Source of the DNA: Nitrosopumilus sp.
GTDB lineage: Archaea > Thermoproteota > Nitrososphaeria > Nitrososphaerales > Nitrosopumilaceae
Reading direction: 5' to 3'
Assembly (NCBI GenBank): GCA_965205425.1
Contig: CBDBGZ010000009.1
Coordinates: 672,001 to 736,000, forward strand
Length of the DNA: 64,000 nucleotides
Part shown: piece by piece, positions 40,762 to 51,592 of the stretch
How positions within the stretch are numbered: the stretch's first letter is position 1
How the letters are laid out: each line of letters opens with the position of its first letter
The notes under the pieces: generated by a model
Told to the model about the DNA's origin: nothing
Seen by the model: only the letters and a program-made list of their open reading frames with translations
The model's database searches: none
Translations under genes and position numbers: made by a program

Positions 40762-41820
40762 TTATTTGAAAAAGAAATTCCTTACTCTTTGAAATCTCGA
40801 GTCATTTATGCCGCCTAGTGTTGGGGTTGGTTTTTCAACTAGGATTCCCTGTGGCCTATACAACAAAATTGCAAGTAAAATTATTCCCAGCAACAAAAAG
40901 TCAAGCCAGACTATATCAAATGGAACAAATCCTTCAAAAGAGTCCTTAAAAAATATGATAAGCTTTCGCAGGGTAACAAAAATCAAGGTTCCAACTAGCA
41001 CACCCTTGTTATTTGCAAGTCCCCCAATGAGAATCATTAGAAACGGCCAAAATGTCCAGCTTGCTCTATCATAAGCAAATGCAATGGTCCCGCCGACATA
41101 AAATGCATACAATGCCCCGCCGATTGCTGCAAGTGCAGCTGAAATCATAATTATTTTGATTCTGGCATTTGTCGTATTTTTCCCCAAGGATTCCGCTGCT
41201 GTTTCATTGTCCCTGATTGCTTTGAGCATTCGCCCCAATGGTGAACGGAGCATCTTCTCACTATATGCATAAACTGCCATTGCAATGCACACCAGACCAA
41301 CTGTAGCTACTGAAAATCGAATCTCATCAGGCAGAAATGATAATGGATCTGGTACTTGAACTCCAAGTGTTCCACCAACTAGTGGGGCATAGTTATTTCC
41401 AATAATTCTTATGCTTTCACCAAATGCCAGTAATGTAATTGCAAGATAGTCTCCACGTAGTCTAATTGCTGGATATGATGTGAGTATTCCAATACCTCCA
41501 CCTATTACTGCTGCTATTGCCAGTGTCAGAAAGAAGATGGCAAAGCCTATCCCCACATTATCCACAAGCCACAAGTTAATTTCAGAGACAATTTGCAGAT
41601 TATCCAAAATATAGTCCCCCTTAATTTGTGCCATCTCTGCAAATATTCTACCAGGAATTGATGCTGCAACAAATGCACCGGCACCAACTGCCAAAACCTT
41701 GCCAAAGTTTGGAATTCCAGCATATCCAAACTCCATATTCAAGCTAAGATTGACAATTGCATAGACTGCAAATATTGCAAGCAAATCTACAAGGAATATT
41801 ATTTCAGTGTTTAGAGCCAT
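40762..41820 (-). CDS. livM: Branched-chain amino acid ABC permease
   Basis: LRGDYLAITLLAFGE, GRMLKAIRDNE.AA.SLG. Confidence 0.9.
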   Translation of the reverse strand: MALNTEIIFLVDLLAIFAVYAIVNLSLNMEFGYAGIPNFGKVLAVGAGAFVAASIPGRIFAEMAQIKGDYILDNLQIVSEINLWLVDNVGIGFAIFFLTLAIAAVIGGGIGILTSYPAIRLRGDYLAITLLAFGESIRIIGNNYAPLVGGTLGVQVPDPLSFLPDEIRFSVATVGLVCIAMAVYAYSEKMLRSPLGRMLKAIRDNETAAESLGKNTTNARIKIIMISAALAAIGGALYAFYVGGTIAFAYDRASWTFWPFLMILIGGLANNKGVLVGTLIFVTLRKLIIFFKDSFEGFVPFDIVWLDFLLLGIILLAILLYRPQGILVEKPTPTLGGINDSRFQRVRNFFFK

Positions 41821-42730
41821 CTCTCCTCAACTTTGACCAGTTTATTCCTGCCAAGCCTTTTGGCGCCAAAAATAATGTCACTACAATGAAAATTAGTGGG
41901 ATTAGCGGACGATATGCAATAAGCCATGCTCCAAATTCTCCAGCCAAAAACCTCGTTCCCAAAATTTCTGTCAGCCCCACCAGAATTCCCCCCGTAATTG
42001 CACCATAAATGCTAAGAAAGCCACCCGTAATACTTGCTGCAAATACACTTGGAATTAGCTGTGGCCCAAGATTCGGGTCTCCCTGAAACCACATTGACAT
42101 TAGTGCTCCTGCAATTCCTGCAAAGCCCCCTCCAAGCAGCCAAGAAACTCCATAGATTAGTTTCACATTAATCCCAACTGTCTCTGCCAGATCAGAATTT
42201 TCAGTAGATGCCCTCATTGCAATGCCAAACTTTGTTTTACGCAGTATAATGTGCAGCGATACTGCAAGGACTGCAACTGCAATTGGCGCTACAAACACAA
42301 TTAATGGCAGTTCCATAAACTCTGCATCATAACTGCGCAGTGAGAATTCCCTTGATGTAATCTGGTATGTTTGGACTATATAGTCTGCAATGATGTTTAG
42401 TAGCGCAATTACTACTAGGTCAAAGGCCAAAGTTGCAATCATTTGAATTGCCTGAGATGCGCCCTTTCGAATCAGGGGTTTTATGATAAACGTGTACAGT
42501 AACACTGCAAGAACTCCAGAAATTACAAATGAGATAGGAACTGCAACATAGGGGGTCATCCCCCAGACATGGGTCACAATCAATGCAACATATACCCCAA
42601 TGGTTGCAAATGATGCATGGGCAAAGTTAGGTACTCTGGTTGTGATGTATGTCAGTGTCAATCCAATACAAAGCAGAGCCAAAAGACTGGCAAAAATTAT
42701 CGCATCAGAAAAAATTGGATCGTATGCCAA
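41804..42730 (-). CDS. livH: Branched-chain amino acid ABC permease
   Basis: GLTL...VPNFAH, TKFGIAMRA..EN..LA..VGIN. Confidence 0.9.
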   Translation of the reverse strand: MAYDPIFSDAIIFASLLALLCIGLTLTYITTRVPNFAHASFATIGVYVALIVTHVWGMTPYVAVPISFVISGVLAVLLYTFIIKPLIRKGASQAIQMIATLAFDLVVIALLNIIADYIVQTYQITSREFSLRSYDAEFMELPLIVFVAPIAVAVLAVSLHIILRKTKFGIAMRASTENSDLAETVGINVKLIYGVSWLLGGGFAGIAGALMSMWFQGDPNLGPQLIPSVFAASITGGFLSIYGAITGGILVGLTEILGTRFLAGEFGAWLIAYRPLIPLIFIVVTLFLAPKGLAGINWSKLRRDGSKH

Positions 42731-42786
42731 GCCATCAACCTACATACAAAACCCTTAATTTCTTTATGCTTTTAAAATGAATCATA

Positions 42787-43542
42787 ATGGTGATTCTGGA
42801 TATTTCAAATATCACAAAGAGTTTTGGGGGCCATACTGCACTTGATGGAGTTGACATAAAATTAAAAGAGGGAAAACTATACGAGATGATTGGCCCAAAT
42901 GGTAGTGGGAAAACCACTCTGATTAATGTAATCTCAGGGATGCTAAAACCTGATGATGGTAAAATTGTCTTTGGGGGCAATGATATTACAAAAAAGGGAC
43001 TCTGCGATACATTTGAGACAGGTCTGGTTAGAACCTGGCAGATTCCCCAGCCTTTTGCAATGCTGACAACTTTGGAGAATTTTGTACTATCAGGCGTAAA
43101 TAACTCCGGAGAGTCATATCTTTTGGCCCCATTAAAATCCAGATGGAAAAATGATGAGCAAAAAATTACAGATGATGCACAAAAAATCATGGAGATGCTA
43201 AATCTGACTAGTCAAAAAGATACGCTTGGCCAGAATCTTAGCGGGGGCCAGCAAAAACTCTTGGAGCTAGGCCGCGCCATGATGTCAGGGGCCAAGATGA
43301 TACTGATGGATGAACCAATTGCAGGTGTGAATCCCACACTGGCCCATGGCATATTTGAGAGAATCTCATCCATATGCAAAAGACAAAAAATTACATTTTT
43401 GATTGTAGAGCATAGGCTCGATATAGCATTGCAGTATGCAGACCATGTTTTTGCAATGAATCAGGGAAAAATTATTACTCAAGGCAGTTCTGAGCAGATA
43501 GTAAAACATCCCAAAGTTCTCAAATCATATCTGGGGGAATAA
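42787..43542 (+). CDS. livG: ABC ATP-binding protein
   Basis: GPNGSGKT, RTWQ, LSGGQQK, DEPIAGVNP, YLGE. Confidence 0.9.
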   Translation: MVILDISNITKSFGGHTALDGVDIKLKEGKLYEMIGPNGSGKTTLINVISGMLKPDDGKIVFGGNDITKKGLCDTFETGLVRTWQIPQPFAMLTTLENFVLSGVNNSGESYLLAPLKSRWKNDEQKITDDAQKIMEMLNLTSQKDTLGQNLSGGQQKLLELGRAMMSGAKMILMDEPIAGVNPTLAHGIFERISSICKRQKITFLIVEHRLDIALQYADHVFAMNQGKIITQGSSEQIVKHPKVLKSYLGE

Positions 43543-44274
43543 ATGTCTCACAAACAATCTGATTTAGTAATTGATGTTAGTGATTTGAATTCAGGATATG
43601 TAAACAGTCATATTCTTTTTGGGGTTGATTTTGAGGCAAAGACAAAAGAGATTACAGTAATTATCGGTCCAAACGGTTCAGGAAAAAGTACGTTGCTCAA
43701 AAGCATTTTTGGTTTGTGTGATGTGTATTCTGGTCAAATCAGATACAACAATGAAGAGATTACAAAGATGGCACCGCATCAAATAGCAAGGAAGAAAATT
43801 GCATACCTGCCTCAGACCAATAACGTCTTTGCAAATCTTAGCATAAAAGAAAATCTTTTCATGGCAAGCTATACACTGGATTCAAAGGTACAGCCAGAGA
43901 GATTCTCTGAAATTTTTGAAACATTTCCTATTTTAAAAAAATATGAAAAATCAAAGGCAAGTACTCTTAGCGGAGGTCAACGCCAAATGCTTGCAATGGC
44001 CATGGCACTAGTCTGTCTGCCAAAAGTTATGCTATTTGATGAGCCCACTGCCAGTCTTTCTCCAAAACTGGCAGATGAGGTATTATCAAAAATAAAACAG
44101 ATCAGAGATGACTTTGGAATTACAGTAATCATGGTTGAACAAAATGTCAAAAGGGCGCTAAAGATGAGTGACTATGTCTATCTTTTGGCAAACGGCAAGG
44201 GTGTGTTCAAAGGAAGTTCAGAGGAGATACTGTCTCATCGGCAACTAGGCAAGCTGTATCTGGGGATCAGTTAA
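43543..44274 (+). CDS. livF: ABC ATP-binding protein
   Basis: GPNGSGKS, LSGGQRQMLA, DEPTASLSP, VEQN. Confidence 0.9.
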   Translation: MSHKQSDLVIDVSDLNSGYVNSHILFGVDFEAKTKEITVIIGPNGSGKSTLLKSIFGLCDVYSGQIRYNNEEITKMAPHQIARKKIAYLPQTNNVFANLSIKENLFMASYTLDSKVQPERFSEIFETFPILKKYEKSKASTLSGGQRQMLAMAMALVCLPKVMLFDEPTASLSPKLADEVLSKIKQIRDDFGITVIMVEQNVKRALKMSDYVYLLANGKGVFKGSSEEILSHRQLGKLYLGIS

Positions 44275-45532
44275 AAATAATCGAATCATCAAGGGTTGTG
44301 TATTTTCCAAGTTCAGTCCAATCTCCATCCCTTATTCCCCATACTTTGTAATCTGCTTGGGCCAGATCCCCTGCATCATTTAGTTTTGTGGATCCGATTG
44401 CCCCCATGTAATTCTCAGCAATTCCAGGTATTGCAGCCTTTATTGCACTGACATCAGTACTCTGAGTTTCAAGCATTGCCAGACCAATTAGCCATACTGC
44501 ATCATATGAGGAATGCACAAAGGTGTTGGGATCAGTGCCCAGAGTCTCACTTAGATGAGTTTGTACCTTTTTGTATGTAGGGTTATCAGCAGGTGCAAAC
44601 TGGACTGTTGTAAATGATACATCAGTTGAGAATTCCAGTCCTATTGGATCAGATACCAGATTGCGTTCCTTTGTAATGGCACCAGGTCCAAACCATCTTA
44701 CCTCGCCTAGTATCTCATGTCCTGATGCTGACTGCATAAACTGCAAGACCTCTGCAAATCCCAAAAACAAGACCCCTACCTTCTCAGATCCATACTCATC
44801 TGTATATTTTTGCACTTTTTGAGCCAAGAGTGAAGTTGATGCAGAAAATTCCGGAGATTCGGGATTATACCTAATATTATCATCTACTATGCCCCCTCTT
44901 TGCATGAATGAATCAGATGCTGATTCTCCAAGTCCGTCACCCCACGTATCTCCCCTCCATACTGGAATCATTACTTTGATTCCCTGGTCATGCATTAGCT
45001 TGGCAATTGCAGGTCCCTGATTAGAGTCATCAGGAATCAGACGAAATACGCTGTCATTTGGGATGGCAAGTGCAGGAGCTGACGAGCAGCAGCTGACTAG
45101 CAACATGTTATTAGAATCAGAATACCCCTTCATGTTTCTGATGTTGGAGCTGGTTTCAGGTCCCACTATAACTCCGATTCCTTTGGCATGCAGTGCAGTT
45201 AGTTTCTCCAATGCAACTACGGGGTTGGTTGCAGAGTCTTCTGAAACCATTTTGAGATGCCATGGCGCATCAATGCCTTGCAGATACTTGTTAAACTCTG
45301 ATACTCCAAACTTTGAGCCCTCATGGTTTTCTGCCCCATGAGTTGCCAAGTCTCCAGTCAATGGAAGAATCAATCCAATGGTTACCTCTCCGGACAATCC
45401 TGTTGCATTAACTGGCACTTGTACAGGATTTTCTGCATCCATACTTTCCGAACCTGCAGATAACACCACATAAGCAACACTGATAATAATTGAAATAGCT
45501 ACGACTGTAATTCCTATTTTTTTATAATCCAC
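44267..45532 (-). CDS. livK: Branched-chain amino acid ABC substrate-binding protein
   Basis: N-terminal anchor, IGLILPLTG, VFRLIPDD, YDAV, G.TKLN..GD. Confidence 0.85.
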   Translation of the reverse strand: MDYKKIGITVVAISIIISVAYVVLSAGSESMDAENPVQVPVNATGLSGEVTIGLILPLTGDLATHGAENHEGSKFGVSEFNKYLQGIDAPWHLKMVSEDSATNPVVALEKLTALHAKGIGVIVGPETSSNIRNMKGYSDSNNMLLVSCCSSAPALAIPNDSVFRLIPDDSNQGPAIAKLMHDQGIKVMIPVWRGDTWGDGLGESASDSFMQRGGIVDDNIRYNPESPEFSASTSLLAQKVQKYTDEYGSEKVGVLFLGFAEVLQFMQSASGHEILGEVRWFGPGAITKERNLVSDPIGLEFSTDVSFTTVQFAPADNPTYKKVQTHLSETLGTDPNTFVHSSYDAVWLIGLAMLETQSTDVSAIKAAIPGIAENYMGAIGSTKLNDAGDLAQADYKVWGIRDGDWTELGKYTTLDDSIIFN

Positions 45533-45604
45533 GTAAATTTTGTAAAACTTGTGATAATTAAACCTTTGAATTATGAGAGAACGGGATTTGAGACCAAAAC
45601 AAGA

Positions 45605-47884
45605 TCATTGAGACTTGTCATGGACGTAATACTGTGCATCTGAGGACAAAATCTCCAAGGCTTGCATCTCTGAGAGTTTTATGTATTGTTTTGTCTCATT
45701 GTCAATCCTCTCACCAATGACATAATCAATTGTGAGTGGATCCTCTGGTGTGCTCTGTATTGCACTACTGTCAAAAACGCCAGTAGCCCGGGCGACTTCG
45801 TGCTCCATTATATCATTCCATGCCGAATGCATTCTAGTCATGGATGTGGTGGACTTGTCCTGATGTCTTTCAAATTCATCAGGCGTTATTTTGCTCCAGG
45901 TCATAGAATCATTGTGCTCCCACAAGTTGCCAAATTGATCTGCATATGTGGAATACCGCCTGTCTATTTGTGTCAATTCCAATGTAATGCTAGCATCCTG
46001 GCTTGACCTCTTTGAGAATAGCTCATGTGTGACAGGCTCTAATAGGGATTCACCTGTAAACTCGACACCGTCGTTGATGTATGTGACAGTGCTGCGTCTG
46101 TCAAAGTCAGTTGCCGAGATTGCAAGGACATTTGACTTTAATGGTGCAGATATGCTAAAGTCTATTCCAATGATATAGCACAACTCATTAAGCGAATCAC
46201 TGGCACACTTTACCTTGGATATGCTAGAGTCTGTATCCTCCTCATTTACCAGAGATTCTTTTTGCTCATGGACTATTCCTGTAATGGTATAGTCATCTGG
46301 AATTGTATAGTCTCTGTCTAATTGTATGATAATGTCAGTCTCTGCCTCTGATGCCTTGCCGATTTCAGGCACTCCCAAAGACAGGGTCACATCGCGTAGT
46401 ATCTTATCTGTGTACACCTTGATATCGACATGGTTGGTATCACCAATTATTGATTCAGTGAGTACAAATTCGGTGTGGAAGTTGTCTGTTATATCCAGGG
46501 TATAGTCATTAAATGTGAATCCATTCTCCACTAGCTGTGCAGATGATACCTCCCATGACTTTCCAAAGGTAGGTTTCTTTTTCCAGTCATTGCTAGAGCC
46601 TCCACTAGCAGGCTCCTCAGGGTCCATCGGTGGCTCTGGAGGAATAGTAATTGTAAGATCACCTTCCAAGTTGGTAGTACTTAACGTAGACCCTACGGCA
46701 CCAGCATGAAGTCTTAATACAGGTGGATCATATGGTTCATTATTACTATTATCATCTCCCGTGAAAGAAACATTTATTCTATTCCACAGAGTTCTGTCTA
46801 CGAGGGTTATGGTAATTGTATTACCATCAACAACAAAAGTAGATGCAAATGGCGGGGTCTCATTTGTTCCTATTAGACGCAACTCGAACGGGATTGTGGT
46901 TCCTAGAAAATCAATTATCTGGAAGTTGGAGAGATTTACACTGTCAGGGACAATATCATCATTAAAAGTAACTATCAGTTCCCCGCTAAGATCTTCACCA
47001 TCATCATCAACAATATGATTGTATAATACACTAGTAGCAGATAACTGCAAACCATCTACGCCTATACTTGCTTGATTAGAGCGTGCAGATGTAACACCTG
47101 AATTGGTGGCAGTTGCAGTAAATGTGTGAGTAACAAAATTAGGTGATGTCCCTATTGGCACAGATATCTCCCAAAAGCCATTACTGTCTACGGGGGTATC
47201 ACCAACAGACGTGCCACGGTCAAACAGCTCAATGGAATGGCCTGTTAGTCCATTACCAATAACAGTCAGAATACGATCTATTCGGTCTAAATCAATATCA
47301 GAATCTATGATAGGTGGAGGTACAACACCTGGCTGTAAAATAGTCAATGGAATACCAGCAAACCCAATAATTTCAAGGCATTCTCCTCCCCGCTCAGCAG
47401 TAGCACATACGGCGTGGGGGATGTTGGGGGTTATATTGGTGGGACCATTACTTCTTAAAACGGGTATACTGATATGTGGATCGCTGATAGCCGTATCTAT
47501 TCTATCAGATATAGCAGATGTGGGGGATACGGTAATCGTATTACCACTAATATCATGAGACGATGACTGTAGATTTAGCGCGCGTTGGATGTCCCCATTA
47601 ACAAACCCACTAGGGAAAAAGAATAAGGATGGTTCGAAACTGTCAGGGTCAATTCCCTCATTAAAAACTATTGTCAAGTCCTTTGAGCCAGTATCATAAA
47701 ATACGTTGAGAATAGCCAAATCAATATCTGGCCTCTCCCCATATACATCATGACTGGGAATGGCAAGTGTAAGTACAGAAAAGAGTAAAACTGATGATAG
47801 TAACAGAATTTGAGGCTTCACTTTTAATCCAAAACTATTCAAGCATATAAATGATTTTGTAAAAAGACAGACATGACCAACCAT
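45605..47884 (-). CDS. Large secreted/surface protein with Ig-like domains
   Basis: Signal-like segment, VDSNGFWEI...HTFTATAT Ig repeat, Pro/Gly linker, KPTFG C-terminal domain; start uncertain. Confidence 0.75.
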   Translation of the reverse strand: MVGHVCLFTKSFICLNSFGLKVKPQILLLSSVLLFSVLTLAIPSHDVYGERPDIDLAILNVFYDTGSKDLTIVFNEGIDPDSFEPSLFFFPSGFVNGDIQRALNLQSSSHDISGNTITVSPTSAISDRIDTAISDPHISIPVLRSNGPTNITPNIPHAVCATAERGGECLEIIGFAGIPLTILQPGVVPPPIIDSDIDLDRIDRILTVIGNGLTGHSIELFDRGTSVGDTPVDSNGFWEISVPIGTSPNFVTHTFTATATNSGVTSARSNQASIGVDGLQLSATSVLYNHIVDDDGEDLSGELIVTFNDDIVPDSVNLSNFQIIDFLGTTIPFELRLIGTNETPPFASTFVVDGNTITITLVDRTLWNRINVSFTGDDNSNNEPYDPPVLRLHAGAVGSTLSTTNLEGDLTITIPPEPPMDPEEPASGGSSNDWKKKPTFGKSWEVSSAQLVENGFTFNDYTLDITDNFHTEFVLTESIIGDTNHVDIKVYTDKILRDVTLSLGVPEIGKASEAETDIIIQLDRDYTIPDDYTITGIVHEQKESLVNEEDTDSSISKVKCASDSLNELCYIIGIDFSISAPLKSNVLAISATDFDRRSTVTYINDGVEFTGESLLEPVTHELFSKRSSQDASITLELTQIDRRYSTYADQFGNLWEHNDSMTWSKITPDEFERHQDKSTTSMTRMHSAWNDIMEHEVARATGVFDSSAIQSTPEDPLTIDYVIGERIDNETKQYIKLSEMQALEILSSDAQYYVHDKSQ

Positions 47885-48086
47885 AACTAATCAACCCTCA
47901 AACTGTTAAAAAGAGCGTCGCAGTAGTCTATTGGACAAATCCGTTTTCCTTTCCATCTTTTGTGTCGAAAACAGAACCCTACTTTTCGTCACACTATTTG
48001 CCAGTTTGATCGGATCAATCTCAGGCACAACTTAGGCATGAACAATTTAGAAATATTTCTTGTTATTTGTTCCAACTAAGGGGGTA

Positions 48087-49241
48087 TTACCTAATTTTAG
48101 AAAAACCAAATTTTGATGCCCAACTCTGTTTTTGTTTTTTGGCTGGTTTTAGTGAAAGATTGTCTAGCATTGCATATGTTATAGTGAATCCATGCCCTAC
48201 CATAGTAGCATCTTTATTGTAATTTTCTTTATTAGATACAAATTCATCAGCCAAGTCTTTAATTTTTTTAGTTTTGAGATCAAACAATCTAATCTTTTTA
48301 CCATTTTCTAATTTGATGATTGCATCACCGCTCAAACCTTGAATAGAAAAATTCTCAAAAAATCGTATTGTTCCACTTTCTTTTAATATAATTTCAGAAT
48401 CATAAGTTAACTTTCCTCCATAAAATAAAATTTCCCTGGCAGATATAGTAACATCATCTTCAACATTCAAAACAATGATAGAATCTGCTTCAAGTAAAAC
48501 AGTATTTGCAAGATTTTCTGCAATAATTTTTCCATTTGGAGCTGATATGTGAGTTCTATGTTCTTGAATTTGGAAAACTCCTACACGTATAGGATCTTCA
48601 ACTTTAAATTTTCTTCCGTAAATATTTCCAACCACTACATTTCCATTATCAACAATAATTTTTGCACCATTATCAATTTTATATTTATTTTCTAATGGAT
48701 TAATGAATTTAAAATCTCCTCTAGTAAGATGAATATTTGTTTGGAATTCTTGTGTCCATGATGGACTAGTAATACTTCCTTGCATAATTATTGGACCATC
48801 ATAAGAAAATGTTCCTGCCATAAAATTTCCCTTTATTGATAAAGCACCATTAGCTTTTCGTTCTAATTCAATTTCTCCAAGAGTTTTTGAACCAAACAAC
48901 CTAGATGCAGTAGTGTTTGAATTATTCAAAGCAAAAGCCCAATCTTCAGCAGTTTTCATTTCTTTGAATAGTTCTTGACCCAAAATCTGATTTTTTCTTC
49001 TTACGTCAGCCTCAGAATCACCAGAATGTACTTTAGAATTTTTTAGTTTTTCATAATCTGTTTCTGGATATTTTTTACCTATTTTGAGATCATCATATGC
49101 TTGTTTAATTTTAATAAATTGTTCATTTTCACCTCCACGATCTGAGTGATATTGAAGAGCTAATCGTCTAAATGCATCACGAATTTCTTTTTCTGTTGAA
49201 CCCTCAATAATTCCCAAGATATCATAATTACTTTCTACCAA
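48087..49241 (-). CDS. DnaJ-domain protein
   Basis: YDILG...AFRRLALQYHSD (HSD instead of HPD). Confidence 0.82.
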   Translation of the reverse strand: MVESNYDILGIIEGSTEKEIRDAFRRLALQYHSDRGGENEQFIKIKQAYDDLKIGKKYPETDYEKLKNSKVHSGDSEADVRRKNQILGQELFKEMKTAEDWAFALNNSNTTASRLFGSKTLGEIELERKANGALSIKGNFMAGTFSYDGPIIMQGSITSPSWTQEFQTNIHLTRGDFKFINPLENKYKIDNGAKIIVDNGNVVVGNIYGRKFKVEDPIRVGVFQIQEHRTHISAPNGKIIAENLANTVLLEADSIIVLNVEDDVTISAREILFYGGKLTYDSEIILKESGTIRFFENFSIQGLSGDAIIKLENGKKIRLFDLKTKKIKDLADEFVSNKENYNKDATMVGHGFTITYAMLDNLSLKPAKKQKQSWASKFGFSKIR

Positions 49242-49326
49242 AATCTACACCAAAGTTATTTTTTTAAATTCCTATACTTGTAGGTTATCAATTATAGAAT
49301 ATTAGGAATGTGGAAAATAAGAAATT

Positions 49327-49986
49327 TTAGTTGGTTTTTTTCGATTTTAGAAGAGCTAGAACTGCAATAACAATTCCAATTATTCCAACTACAATACCAA
49401 TGTAACCTACATTGTTTGATTGATTATTTTCCAGAATAGTTATTGATTCTTTTAAATCACCAACATCTTCAATTAATGCAGTATGCCCATCAATCATTTG
49501 TTGTATTGTAATATCTGCAGGTTCAGGAAATTCAATATAAGCACGTTCATCAACTTTGGGTGGATGCATTGATAAGCTAATTGGAGTTTCTACTATTGTT
49601 CCTAGAATATTTGCTTGATAAAATCCTGAAACTGTTGGATTTACAAATGCATAATATTTTCCCGGAATATTATGATCTGGTGATAAAGGAAGTGTAATGC
49701 TTTCATCTTTGTAAATTAATTTCATTTTTATGGTTTTTCTTAAATCTGAAATTCCATTTTGAAATTCTTGAGATTCAGCACATTTTATTGGTTCGGCAAT
49801 ATCTGGACATGGAATTAGAGGACTAACATAGAATTCAATGGCATTTGTTTCTCCAGACACAACAGGTTCATTCATCCAACCAATCTCAACACGATATTCA
49901 CCTACAGCATCAACTGTATGACCATAAGCAATGCCAGATAGGCCAGGTATGATTAACAAAAATATCATAAATAATTTTAATTGCAT
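49327..49986 (-). CDS. Secreted protein with C-terminal membrane anchor
   Basis: Signal peptide ending AYG-H; IGWMNEP; C-terminal TM helix. Confidence 0.75.
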   Translation of the reverse strand: MQLKLFMIFLLIIPGLSGIAYGHTVDAVGEYRVEIGWMNEPVVSGETNAIEFYVSPLIPCPDIAEPIKCAESQEFQNGISDLRKTIKMKLIYKDESITLPLSPDHNIPGKYYAFVNPTVSGFYQANILGTIVETPISLSMHPPKVDERAYIEFPEPADITIQQMIDGHTALIEDVGDLKESITILENNQSNNVGYIGIVVGIIGIVIAVLALLKSKKTN

Positions 49987-50056
49987 ACTAAAAAAACTAA
50001 ATCTGATTTTAAAAACGTTCTACTAATTTTCATAAAATGGTTGATATTTGTACCAG

Positions 50057-51502
50057 TTAAGCATCAGCATACATTGAAACTTCCCATGCTGTAGGAGTTT
50101 GTGCAAATGCAGTATATTCTTTATATTTCAATTCAGAATATGCTTCAAGGAAATCTTTTGTGAAAACTTCTTCTAAGAAGATTGAATCACTTTTCAATGA
50201 ATCAAGTGCACCTTTCAATGAAACTGGTAGTGATCCAATGTTGTATTCTCGTTTCTTTTCTTGAGAAAGTTTGTATACATTTTCTTCAACAGGATCACCA
50301 GGATCAATTTTGTTTTTGATTCCATCTAATCCTGCAAGTAATAATGAGGCCTCTAAAAGATAGATATTTGCAGTAGGATCAGGTACACGATATTCAATTC
50401 TTTTACTTTTTTCTTGATTTCGATTATACATTGGAACTCTAATTGCAGTAGAACGATTTGCCAAACCCCAACAAACATTGACAGGAGCTTCAAATCCAGG
50501 AACTAAACGTTTGTAGGAATTAGTTGTGGGGTTTGATATTGCACATAATGCTGAAGCATGACTTAGAATTCCTCCAACATAATATCTACCAGTTTGACTC
50601 ATTTGTGCTACGCTATCATCTTGATCATACATGGCATTGGAATTTTCATTCCATAAACTCTGATGAGTATGCATAGCTGATGCATTATCACCAAAAATTG
50701 GTTTTGGCATAAAAGTTGCTACTTTATTTTTTCTTTTAGCTTTAACCTTTACTAAATTTTTTACTGCAATCACATTATCTGCCATGCTAATCATTTCATC
50801 ATAAACTAAATTGATTTCACATTGACCAGAAGTTGCTACTTCATGATGTTCAGCTTCAATTTTTATTCCAAAATAATTATACAAGTCATCACAGACGTCT
50901 TTTCGAAATCCTTCTAAGGTATCTTTTGGTTGTGATGGATAATATCCTTCTTTGATATCTATGGCAGTACTAACATTTCCTTTTGCCCAAGGAGATTCTT
51001 TAGATTCTATTGAATATCCAGAGCCACCTCCAGAATGAGTTGCAGCATAAGGTGACGGATATACATTGATGGCATCAAATACAAAAAATTCTATTTCAGG
51101 TCCCCAGTTAGTATGAGTAAAACCAAATGTACCAAGTTTCTCTGATGCTTTAAACGCAATACCTCTTGAATCTCGATTATAACGTGATTCTTTGTTTGTG
51201 CTACCATCATATAGATCACAAAATATTCTTGCATTTTTTCTATTTCCAGGATCATAATCATTTGGAAGAATTTTAAATGAATTAGGATCTGGCATTAAGA
51301 TCATGTCTGAATTATTTACAGATTTGAATCCAACAATAGAACTTGCATCTAGTTTTTCAAGACCATTTACAAAGCTATTTTTATCAATTGCATAACTTGG
51401 CATTCCAACATTATGGAGTTCACCAAAAATATCTACAAACCAAAAATCAATGAAGGAAATTTTTTCATCTTTAATAGCTTGTAATACTTGATCTGCATCC
51501 AA
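50057..51502 (-). CDS. glnA: Glutamine synthetase type I
   Basis: HHEVA, ATFMPKP, NSYKRLVPGFEAP, RIEYRVPD. Confidence 0.96.
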   Translation of the reverse strand: MDADQVLQAIKDEKISFIDFWFVDIFGELHNVGMPSYAIDKNSFVNGLEKLDASSIVGFKSVNNSDMILMPDPNSFKILPNDYDPGNRKNARIFCDLYDGSTNKESRYNRDSRGIAFKASEKLGTFGFTHTNWGPEIEFFVFDAINVYPSPYAATHSGGGSGYSIESKESPWAKGNVSTAIDIKEGYYPSQPKDTLEGFRKDVCDDLYNYFGIKIEAEHHEVATSGQCEINLVYDEMISMADNVIAVKNLVKVKAKRKNKVATFMPKPIFGDNASAMHTHQSLWNENSNAMYDQDDSVAQMSQTGRYYVGGILSHASALCAISNPTTNSYKRLVPGFEAPVNVCWGLANRSTAIRVPMYNRNQEKSKRIEYRVPDPTANIYLLEASLLLAGLDGIKNKIDPGDPVEENVYKLSQEKKREYNIGSLPVSLKGALDSLKSDSIFLEEVFTKDFLEAYSELKYKEYTAFAQTPTAWEVSMYADA

Positions 51503-51592
51503 TTTTGATATTTTTTAGAAATTATTTTACTAATGTGGTCTTGTAAGTTAGAATTGGCAAGTTAGTCAGGTAAATTGTAAAATTTATTGGAA

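Noticed and set aside
39139..48040. ATGCCTAAGT at ~39145 and its inverse at ~48030 as ends of a composite transposon
   Set aside because: The match is short and there is no target duplication; the 39139-39158 motif looks like a leftover IS end
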